Assembly: GCA_964515005.1 (NCBI GenBank)
Contig: CAZEVT010000004.1
Coordinates: forward strand, 4,302 to 68,301
DNA: 64,000 nt
Direction: 5' to 3'
Source of the DNA: an uncultured Gammaproteobacteria bacterium
GTDB taxonomy: Bacteria > Patescibacteriota > Microgenomatia > UBA10105 > UBA927
Below are positions 8,081-15,397 of the stretch, piece by piece. The position numbers and the translations under genes were made by a program. The notes beneath the pieces were generated by a model that saw only the letters and a list, made by a program, of their open reading frames with translations, was not told where the DNA came from and searched no databases. Within the stretch, counting starts at the first letter, position 1. Each line of letters opens with the position of its first letter.

Positions 8081-8477
8081 TCCCGATTTAATAAAAAAAA
8101 TAAGTCAAAAACTTAACAAAGCCCCGACCTATATTCGAGAGCAGATAAGCCGACGTGCATTACGACATAATATTTTATCAGAGGCAGAATTAGCCAATTG
8201 GGCAAGATCTTTAGGAATTTCTGCGGATTCATATATCCGCACATTATCGCCAAGTGTTCAAAGTCAAATTTTATCAACTCCCTCACCTGTTAAAAATTAT
8301 TTTTCTAAACCCTCAGTACTAAGGATTGTTCAACTTGGTAAAAAAGAAAATGAATGGTATAACCTTTGGTGGGTGCAGCTACTAATAGCCTTTTTTGTAG
8401 TAGGGATATTAGCAAGTACAATTTCTCAAATTTTAGGGGTATATTTTACAAATTCACTCGGTTTAACTAAACCATAA
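8067..8477 (+). CDS. helical N-terminal domain + C-terminal TM protein (operon partner of the HTH quartet)
   Basis: Overlaps protein D by 14 nt. Basic helical N-domain, S/P linker, TM segment WWVQLLIAFFVVGILASTISQILG. Confidence 0.8.
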   Translation: MSRYNPDLIKKISQKLNKAPTYIREQISRRALRHNILSEAELANWARSLGISADSYIRTLSPSVQSQILSTPSPVKNYFSKPSVLRIVQLGKKENEWYNLWWVQLLIAFFVVGILASTISQILGVYFTNSLGLTKP

Positions 8478-8580
8478 GTCGCAGACATGCCTTGAAGCCT
8501 AAATTATTTCCCCACGGCGTGGATTGCCGGAGAAATGATTACACACCGGGTGTGAAATAGCTAGACACCTAATAAAAATT

Positions 8581-8609
8581 TATGTATAAACTTTCTCCAT
8601 CAGATTTTG
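8581..8609 (+). repeat. 29-bp direct repeat, copy 1 (start of the nuclease gene)
   Basis: tatgtataaactttctccatcagattttg matches 10252-10280 at 28/29. Confidence 0.9.
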
Positions 8610-9229
8610 CTTATTTATACGAGGAGTGTAAGCATTGCTATTACCTGAAAATCCGTAAGGGCATTGGGCGGCCGAGCATGCCGTTCCCCGGAGTATTTGG
8701 CGCGATCAATACCAGATTGCAGGGGAATATGGTGGGGAAGGACTTGCGGGAGCTTTCGGATAAACTCCCCGAGGGGACCGTGGAGAGTCAGGAGGGGTAT
8801 GTGCAATCCGCCGTTATTGCCGGAACCACGGTATTTGTCAAAGGCAAGTATGATCTTCTGGTCAGACTCCCGGATGGCACGTACATGATAGTTGATCTCA
8901 AACTCAGTACTCCGAAAGATGAGAAGGTTGCCAAATATCAATCGCAACTATGGTCGTATGTATATGCCTTTGAACATCCTGCCGCGGGAGCACCAAAGAA
9001 GATAACGCGGGCGGGACTCCTGATTTTCTATCCCGATGCCGTTTCATTTGCCGGCGGCGTCGCTTCCCTTACGTTTCCGCCCACGTGGCTGGCGGTACCG
9101 GTGGACCGCGATGCATTTGCGAAGTTTATCGTAGGAGTGAACGATCTTTTGGAAGGCCCAACGCCGCCGGAGAATACGGATTGTAATTGGTGTAAATATA
9201 GACAAGCTGTTAAAGTGCTTGAAAACTGA
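8582..9229 (+). CDS. PD-(D/E)xK nuclease, Cas4/AddB-like
   Basis: LSPS..ECKHC, GKYD, IVDLK, QLWSY, C-terminal CNWCKY (split Cys cluster). Confidence 0.85.
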   Translation: MYKLSPSDFAYLYEECKHCYYLKIRKGIGRPSMPFPGVFGAINTRLQGNMVGKDLRELSDKLPEGTVESQEGYVQSAVIAGTTVFVKGKYDLLVRLPDGTYMIVDLKLSTPKDEKVAKYQSQLWSYVYAFEHPAAGAPKKITRAGLLIFYPDAVSFAGGVASLTFPPTWLAVPVDRDAFAKFIVGVNDLLEGPTPPENTDCNWCKYRQAVKVLEN

Positions 9230-9281
9230 GTCATGATAAATAGGAAATCAACCCGACGGGTTACATTGATTTGCTAACTCT

Positions 9282-9398
9282 ATGATCCTCAATAAAACCA
9301 TCCTGATTCTGGAAGATGACCTCCTTACGCTTTCAAAGATATTGGATCGGTTAGCAACGATTGAGCAGGATCAGCCGTATGATTATTCGGAAAAATAG
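9282..9398 (+). pseudogene. truncated receiver-domain-like fragment
   Basis: MILNKTILILEDDLLTLSKILDRL... (beta1-acidic pair-alpha1 of a receiver fold); stops after 38 aa. Confidence 0.4.
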
Positions 9399-9410
9399 TA
9401 TAATTGACCC

Positions 9411-10247
9411 ATGACCACCCGTGACATCGAAACGACGAAAATTGCCCTGTTCAAAGGGAAAAAGATAAGAAAAATTATTTATAACAACGACTGGTGGTTT
9501 TCGATTATTGACGTCATTGCAGCGCTTACGGGAAATGCTCGTCCGAGAAAATATTGGAGCGATCTAAAGAAGAAGCTTATTAAAGAAGGCTATTTTGAAG
9601 TGTCCGAAAAAATCGGACAGTTGAAATTGGAAGCTCCTGACGGGAAAAAGCGCGAAACTGACTGTGCAAACACAGAAACACTTTTCCGCATTGTCCAATC
9701 CATTCCCTCTCCGAAAGCAGAACCGTTTAAGCGCTGGCTGGCAAGAGTGGGGTATGAGCGAATCCAAGAAATAGAAGATCCGGAGCTTGCTACCAAGAGA
9801 ACGCGGATACTTTATAAACTGAAAGGATATCCAAATGATTGGATTGAAAAACGCATGCGCGGGATAGCGATTCGCGAAGAATTGACCGATGAATGGCAAA
9901 AACGAGGAGCAAGACATCAAAAAGAATATGAAATTCTTACCGCTGAGATTTCCAAAGCGACGTTCGGCGTTACTCCGAGTGGTTATAAAAAGCTGAAAGG
10001 TTTGAAGCGGGAGAATCTGCGCGATCATATGGATGATTTTGAGCTAATTTTTACCATGCTTGGTGAGCGATCAACGACGGAAATTCACCGTACAGAAGAT
10101 TCGAGGGGTGTGCCAAAACTAAAAGCAGATGCTAGAGCCGGTGGTGATATAGCCGGCGGAGCAAGAAAAAAGTTGGAAAAACGCTTAGCTCGTTCGATTG
10201 TTTCAAAAAATAATTATTTACCAAAGAGAAGAAAATCGTTAAAGTAA
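9411..10247 (+). CDS. Bro-N domain protein (phage antirepressor-like)
   Basis: IRK..WWFSIIDVIAALT..PRKYWSDLKKKL, IPSPKAEPFKRWLA. TATAAT 6 nt upstream of the ATG. Confidence 0.9.
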   Translation: MTTRDIETTKIALFKGKKIRKIIYNNDWWFSIIDVIAALTGNARPRKYWSDLKKKLIKEGYFEVSEKIGQLKLEAPDGKKRETDCANTETLFRIVQSIPSPKAEPFKRWLARVGYERIQEIEDPELATKRTRILYKLKGYPNDWIEKRMRGIAIREELTDEWQKRGARHQKEYEILTAEISKATFGVTPSGYKKLKGLKRENLRDHMDDFELIFTMLGERSTTEIHRTEDSRGVPKLKADARAGGDIAGGARKKLEKRLARSIVSKNNYLPKRRKSLK

Positions 10248-10251
10248 TCTC

Positions 10252-10280
10252 TATGTACAAACTTTCTCCATCAGATTTTG
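10252..10280 (+). repeat. 29-bp direct repeat, copy 2 (orphan gene start)
   Basis: See 8581-8609. Contains the stop codon of the minus-strand gene 10271..10816. Confidence 0.9.
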
Positions 10281-10816
10281 TCAGTTCCGGGAGTGGGTTC
10301 CGGGGGGAGATTTTCTTCTCCGCTTGGGGCGGCTGCGCCGTAGTCACCGGGCTTGAGCCATTCGACATACGTGCAGCCGGTGGCCTGCCGCTTGGCCGCA
10401 TCCCAACCGCTGGTTGAACATTTTTTCATCTTCTTGCCCGTGGCCGTCGTGTACAGGACGAGCTTCTTGCCGCATTCCGGGCAATCTTCGTTGAGCTCTT
10501 CGGTCGTGCCGTTTATCCATTCGATATAGTCACACCCTTCGGCCTTCTTGGTGTCTTTGTTCCAGACGTTGGTCGAACATTTCTTCATCTTCTTTCCAAA
10601 CCGGGTGACTGCAAAAACAAGAGGCGAGCCGCATGTGGGACATTTCTCGTTCAAGGTTTTGGGCTCGGGCATGATCCATTTCACATAATCACAGCCTTCG
10701 TTTTTCTTCGTGTCTTTGTTCCAGGAGCCGGTAGAACAGCGCTGAAGCTGACGGCCGGATTTGGTTTCGACAACTTCTCCCAGAGGGGAACCACATTTGG
10801 GACACATATCTGCCAT
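10271..10816 (-). CDS. stand-alone triple topoisomerase-type C4 zinc-ribbon protein
   Basis: Three repeats of CPxCG..L......G.....CS..W.......GCxY..W. Confidence 0.85.
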   Translation of the reverse strand: MADMCPKCGSPLGEVVETKSGRQLQRCSTGSWNKDTKKNEGCDYVKWIMPEPKTLNEKCPTCGSPLVFAVTRFGKKMKKCSTNVWNKDTKKAEGCDYIEWINGTTEELNEDCPECGKKLVLYTTATGKKMKKCSTSGWDAAKRQATGCTYVEWLKPGDYGAAAPSGEENLPPEPTPGTDKI

Positions 10817-10876
10817 AGGATAAATGTACCAGACTTGGAGGAAGTTTCATACACCTGATATACTCCTCCTTATTGT

Positions 10877-11416
10877 ATGCGTATGGTGTGGAAGAATTTT
10901 TTCTTTGGAATGCTTCTTGGGGGACTGATGCTCTCCGGGGGAGTCGCGGTGTGGGGTAGGCAGGAAGCAAAAGTACTCAGCGTGACCGTTGCTCTTCCGA
11001 CAAGTACCCCTACTTTTAATCCCACGCCGACGCCACTACCCACGCCTACACCCACGCCAACAAAAAAACCTACACCCAAGCCCACTCCCACGGCAACTCC
11101 CATTCCAGTTCCCACCGCTACCTCCCAAGAGATAAACGGGTTTATAGACCGATTTTCTTCCCAGTACGGCGTGGACCCGAATGTGCTACGGCACACGGCC
11201 ATCTGTGAGTCCGGATTTAACCCGGGGGCCACAAACGGCTCCTATGTGGGCCTCTTCCAGTTTGGCCCCATCACGTGGCAAAAATACAGGAGTCTCATGG
11301 GAGAGGACGCAAGTATCGTACTCCGGGTAAATGCAGAAGAAGCGGTCCAGACGGCGGCCTACGTGTATTCAACTGGCGCATCCCGCATCTGGCCCAATTG
11401 CGTACCGGGGAGTTAG
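10877..11416 (+). CDS. membrane-anchored lytic transglycosylase-like (lysozyme-fold) protein with PT linker
   Basis: N-terminal TM, (PT)n linker, AICESGFNP..GLFQF..TW motif. Confidence 0.85.
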   Translation: MRMVWKNFFFGMLLGGLMLSGGVAVWGRQEAKVLSVTVALPTSTPTFNPTPTPLPTPTPTPTKKPTPKPTPTATPIPVPTATSQEINGFIDRFSSQYGVDPNVLRHTAICESGFNPGATNGSYVGLFQFGPITWQKYRSLMGEDASIVLRVNAEEAVQTAAYVYSTGASRIWPNCVPGS

Positions 11417-11417
11417 G

Positions 11418-12164
11418 TTACGAAGAAATGTATGCGTGGTAGATGTTTTGGGCGCCTTTTCCCTTGAGTGCTTTATCGGTGTTTGCAAGAACCCCGTCGT
11501 AATCGGATATGATGACGACATTATCATCTAAGCGTGACAATTCTTTTTTAAGAAACGCATAGGCGTCCCGTGGGGTGGCGCCTTGTACGCCATCTTTTAC
11601 ATAGAAATCGTGCAGCTCGATGTTGAGGGCGGCCACCGAGGAGACAAGGGACCGGATATCATGGATATGATCCTCTTTATCGTCAAGGACATACGCGTGG
11701 AGCGCCGTATCACGGGGTTTTTGTGCGCGGAGTTCCTGTAAAATAGTGAGTAGCCCTTCCCGTTTGTTTTCCGTCATGCACCGGAAGTTTTCGCGGGGAA
11801 CCCCGAGATCAAAAATCCCGGTTCTTTCTGCCTTATTTGTTTGCCAGCCCACGTCTCCCACCGTCCAGACGATAAGCTCGTTTCCGTGAGTGCGGGCGAG
11901 TGTTGTGAGTTTGGCGACAAAAGGCTCCTCTCCTGCGCGCATGAGACAATCCGGAGTACATGCGGTTTCCAGAGCTTCGCGGACTGTTTCGAAAAGATCC
12001 GGTCTGTCCCATGACAGCTCGCTGCGCAGACTCTCGGTCATGTTGCCTACACTTGCCGGCCAGTTAAACCCACCGGCTGGCGTGAGACCGTACCACGCTT
12101 TGGCGGCGATCGTCTCTTGAATGATCCGAAGGGCGTGTGGTTTGGGAGCAACTTCTATGACCAT
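11418..12164 (-). CDS. HAD-superfamily hydrolase, apparently circularly permuted
   Basis: Motif II LIVWTVG, motif III ENKR, motif IV YVLDDK, then motif I IISDYDGVLANT near the C-terminus. Confidence 0.7.
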   Translation of the reverse strand: MVIEVAPKPHALRIIQETIAAKAWYGLTPAGGFNWPASVGNMTESLRSELSWDRPDLFETVREALETACTPDCLMRAGEEPFVAKLTTLARTHGNELIVWTVGDVGWQTNKAERTGIFDLGVPRENFRCMTENKREGLLTILQELRAQKPRDTALHAYVLDDKEDHIHDIRSLVSSVAALNIELHDFYVKDGVQGATPRDAYAFLKKELSRLDDNVVIISDYDGVLANTDKALKGKGAQNIYHAYISS

Positions 12165-12214
12165 TCGTATAGTATACAGGATTCTTCGCGGGCAAACAAT
12201 ATTATAGGCTCAGA

Positions 12215-12580
12215 TTATTTCCCGGCTGCGCGGATTTGGGCGTCGGTCATGCCGAAGTGGTGGCCGATCTCGTGAAGGACGGTATTCCTCACCTGCGCCT
12301 TCACGTCTTCCGGATTTTCTCCGTACACGGCGACAATGGGTCCCGCAAAAATGATGATTTTGTCCGGAAGCACCGAGTGGTACGTACCGCGTTTGGTCTT
12401 GGGTATGCCGCGGTAAAGTCCGAAGAGTGTTCCGTGGCCGCGGACACCTCCGTCAACCAGATCCTGCCCCGTGGGCCAGATTTCTACCACGAGCTCCACA
12501 TTGTCCATCGCCCGGGCAAATTGCTCGGGTAAATTATCGAGCGCTGCTGCCACCAATTCTTCGAATTCCTTTATTGTCAT
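12215..12580 (-). CDS. zincin-like minimal metallopeptidase (DUF1025 family)
   Basis: FEELVAAALDNLP, LFGLYRGIP, PDKIIIF, VLHEIGHHFG. Start ATG 12580 with TACAAT 6 nt upstream. Confidence 0.9.
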   Translation of the reverse strand: MTIKEFEELVAAALDNLPEQFARAMDNVELVVEIWPTGQDLVDGGVRGHGTLFGLYRGIPKTKRGTYHSVLPDKIIIFAGPIVAVYGENPEDVKAQVRNTVLHEIGHHFGMTDAQIRAAGK

Positions 12581-12616
12581 GCCATTATTGTACCGCACGG
12601 ATGATATAATAAGTGC

Positions 12617-12955
12617 GTGATAGTCACAAGCGACCAACCATTTACGAAAGATCAAATACAAAAGCTCCGCGAGCAATTTGACGTGTATATCAAAACGGTT
12701 GTCGATATCTCTACGGGAGTATGCTCTGCCGGTTCGGATCGGCATTTTGAAATGGAGAAATTACTTCTGGATCAGGGATCCGTGCAGTCGAACCTCTGGG
12801 GAGGCGGGATTGATCTGGATACAAGAACTATTGATTGTAATTCATTCATCAATATCCGCCCGGCAGATGACAACAAGAGCAATGAAATTCAGAATCCGGA
12901 GATCCGGAAAAAATTCGAGATCCTTATGGCGTCGTTTTTTCGGGAGATTCTATGA
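12617..12955 (+). CDS. DUF5674 family protein
   Basis: YIKTVVDI...H..ME..LL..GS.Q.NLWGG...SFINIRP..N...EIQ.P.IR pattern. Confidence 0.75.
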   Translation: MIVTSDQPFTKDQIQKLREQFDVYIKTVVDISTGVCSAGSDRHFEMEKLLLDQGSVQSNLWGGGIDLDTRTIDCNSFINIRPADDNKSNEIQNPEIRKKFEILMASFFREIL

Positions 12956-13227
12956 TACAGGCGAACGTACCGTTAGCGGCCCTTTCCATGGATCTTAAGC
13001 GCGTGGCGTTGGCATCGCATAGTCATTCTCAAAAAGTGGCGGATCGGTTTATCCAGGAATCACTTGCGAAGAAAAACAAACTTGATCCGGCCACCCAGAG
13101 GCCGCACGTGAGGCGTCTATTAACAACACTTGATGCTATGCTTTCGCAGAAAGATACTGCGAAACTTGCGGAGGATGCGCTTCTTTACAGCACGCTTTTG
13201 CAAAATGCTGCAATGAGTAGCGGTTAG
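12952..13227 (+). CDS. small helical hypothetical protein
   Basis: ATGA overlap with the DUF5674 gene; LSMDLKRVA..A.RF..E. Confidence 0.75.
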   Translation: MIQANVPLAALSMDLKRVALASHSHSQKVADRFIQESLAKKNKLDPATQRPHVRRLLTTLDAMLSQKDTAKLAEDALLYSTLLQNAAMSSG

Positions 13228-13241
13228 GATACAAAAGAACT

Positions 13242-13574
13242 ATGGAATCCACGTGTCCGCAGTGTCATACACCAGTGAAACAGACGGACTTCTTCTGCTA
13301 CAACTGCGGGAAGAATCTCAAGGAAAAGCCGCTTTCGACCGCGCTTGCCACGCAACTTATGTACTACGCCGGAAGCGTCCTTTTGCCGCCATTTGGGATC
13401 ATTTGGGGGCTGCGGTACCTTAAACAGCCGGACCCTGTGGCCAGGCGGATAGGAATAATCAATATCGCCCTCACCGTCGTTTCCCTGATTGTCACGACCA
13501 TTTGGGCGGTGAACCTCATTAATGGTATTAATGCTCAGGTGAACCAGCAGCTCAATGGTTTGCAGGGGTTCTGA
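13242..13574 (+). CDS. zinc-ribbon + 2-TM membrane protein
   Basis: CPQC..FCYNCG followed by two hydrophobic helices. Confidence 0.85.
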   Translation: MESTCPQCHTPVKQTDFFCYNCGKNLKEKPLSTALATQLMYYAGSVLLPPFGIIWGLRYLKQPDPVARRIGIINIALTVVSLIVTTIWAVNLINGINAQVNQQLNGLQGF

Positions 13575-13579
13575 TTTTT

Positions 13580-15277
13580 ATGAAAAGATTTTTTGGGGTG
13601 GCGATACTTGCGGTTTTTGTATTCTTTTTTGCGGTTTTCGCGGGTCAGGCGGCAGCAAAAAGCGGAGAAGAGTCAATTCAGTCTTACGATGTTGAAGCAA
13701 CCATTGGGGAAGACGCAACCGTTTCCTTCACCGAGACCATTGTCTATAATTTTGACGGACTTGAGCGCCACGGCATCATCCGGACGATTCCGGTGACCAA
13801 AACCAACGCACAGGACAAGAAATTTGCGCTCGATATCACTATTGTTTCGGTAACTGATCCCGGCGGAAAGACATACCGGTACACAACCACCCGTGAAGGA
13901 GATGCGCTTCAAGTGAAAATCGGGGACCCGGATAAAACGATAACAGGTCAACATATCTACGTCATCCGGTATACCGCCGCTGGCGCCTTGACCTACTTCC
14001 CCGAGCATGATGAGCTCTACTGGAATGCGATAGGCACCGAGTGGGACGTGCCGGTTGCCAAAGGCACAACCCGCGTCACCATCCCGCAAGCGTTTGCGGA
14101 CCCGGATGTCCACGTTGCCTGTTTCACCGGGCCCACGGGGGCAACGGAGAGCGATTGTCCTACCGGGTACAAAGACGGGGTCGCCACCGTGACTCCCGCG
14201 CGGGAGCTTTCGGCAAATGAGGGGCTGACGGTCGTCGTCGGGTTCCCCAAAGGCGCGGTTGCGGTCGTCGAGCCCAAGGAAGTTGTTCCCTTTTTCAGTA
14301 CGTTTTTCGGCAGGATTGTGGCAGGGATACTTTTTGTTCTAGGATTTATTTGGTATACGCTCGTCCCGCTGTGGATCATCTGGTACTGGTGGAAAAACGG
14401 CCGCGACCCGAAGCCCGCCATGGGGGTGACGAGCGCCTGGTTCAGCCCGCCCAAAAACAGTAAGCATAGGCCGCTTACCCCCATCGAAACCGGTGCGCTT
14501 ATTGATGAGACGGTCGATATGCGGGACATATTTGCAACCATCGTCGATCTTGCCCGCCGCGGATATATGAAAATTACGGAGAAGGAAAAAAATACATTCA
14601 CGCTCACCAAAACCAAAGAATGGAAGGAAGATGCGGAACTGCTTTCTTTTGAAAAGGAACTACTCAAAGGAATTTTTGAATCAAAGGACATGGTAAAGCT
14701 TGGCGACGTCAATCTCGTCTCGACGGTCTCAAAGGTATCCGGTCAGGTATACGAGTCCCTCGTTGCGGACGGATTTTTCCCCAAAAATCCACAGAGCGTC
14801 CGAACGGTCTACTATGTGATTGCCGGGATTGCGTTTTTCACGTTTAACCTCTTTCTTGCCCTCATTGCAGTACTCGTTGGCCGCCATATTCCCAGGAAAA
14901 CCCCAATGGGCGCACAAGAAGCTGCGGTTGCGAAGTCTCTGAAGAATTTTCTTGTAAGCCAGGACCGGCACCTGAAGTTTCAGGCGCAAAATCAGATGTT
15001 TTTTGAGAAGCTTTTGCCGTATGCGGTTGCCTTCGGCGTGGAAAAGATTTGGGCCGAACGTTTTGCAAAGATCAAAATGACGCCGCCGGACTGGTATGAG
15101 CCTTACCATTCCGGCACGTTTAACAGTGCGGTGTTTGCCCGGTCACTGGGTGCGGGCTACAGCCACGGATTTGCTTCTTCTGCCTCATACAAGTCCTCAA
15201 GCGGATTTTCATCAGGGTTCTCCGGAGGCGGATCCTCAGGCGGTGGTGGAGGAGGCGGTGGTGGAGGGAGTTGGTAG
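13580..15277 (+). CDS. DUF2207 family membrane protein
   Basis: Signal peptide, HGIIRTIP, ELYWNAIG, ATIVDLARRGY, FEKLLPYAVAFG, Gly-rich GGGGGGSW end. Confidence 0.92.
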   Translation: MKRFFGVAILAVFVFFFAVFAGQAAAKSGEESIQSYDVEATIGEDATVSFTETIVYNFDGLERHGIIRTIPVTKTNAQDKKFALDITIVSVTDPGGKTYRYTTTREGDALQVKIGDPDKTITGQHIYVIRYTAAGALTYFPEHDELYWNAIGTEWDVPVAKGTTRVTIPQAFADPDVHVACFTGPTGATESDCPTGYKDGVATVTPARELSANEGLTVVVGFPKGAVAVVEPKEVVPFFSTFFGRIVAGILFVLGFIWYTLVPLWIIWYWWKNGRDPKPAMGVTSAWFSPPKNSKHRPLTPIETGALIDETVDMRDIFATIVDLARRGYMKITEKEKNTFTLTKTKEWKEDAELLSFEKELLKGIFESKDMVKLGDVNLVSTVSKVSGQVYESLVADGFFPKNPQSVRTVYYVIAGIAFFTFNLFLALIAVLVGRHIPRKTPMGAQEAAVAKSLKNFLVSQDRHLKFQAQNQMFFEKLLPYAVAFGVEKIWAERFAKIKMTPPDWYEPYHSGTFNSAVFARSLGAGYSHGFASSASYKSSSGFSSGFSGGGSSGGGGGGGGGGSW

Positions 15278-15297
15278 TATCTTGCAACTTTTAAGCT

Positions 15298-15381
15298 AAA
15301 TTCACGCCAAATTGACAAAAATACGTGAATTTGACCTATTTTTGATTCAAATTCACGCCAAATTGACAAAAATACGTGAAT
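15298..15381 (+). repeat. two 33-bp direct repeats, each an ATTCACG-N17-CGTGAAT inverted repeat (putative operators)
   Basis: aaattcacgccaaattgacaaaaatacgtgaat at 15298-15330 and 15349-15381. Confidence 0.9.
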
Positions 15382-15391
15382 ATGCTATACT
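15363..15391 (+). promoter_or_regulatory. sigma70 promoter of the Fic gene
   Basis: TTGACA (15363-68), 17-nt spacer, TGn-TATACT (15386-91); ATG follows after 6 nt. Confidence 0.8.
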
Positions 15392-15397
15392 TTTCCC

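Noticed and set aside
3367-10247. Prophage or ICE (radC, Bro-N, HTH genes)
   Set aside because: No integrase, replication, conjugation or virion genes were recognised; treated as an accessory/defence island.
11005-11120. Short tandem repeats (also 36700-36830 and 15225-15270)
   Set aside because: These are codon-degenerate Pro-Thr or Gly linkers of proteins, not DNA-level repeat elements.
14017-14712. Long antisense ORFs (also 18768-19448, 22153-22827, 29546-30226, 31367-31999)
   Set aside because: Shadows of well-supported genes on the other strand, with no motifs of their own.
15298-15381. Mini CRISPR array (33-bp repeats)
   Set aside because: Only two units with an 18-nt spacer; they contain the -35 box of the Fic promoter, and there is no cas operon.
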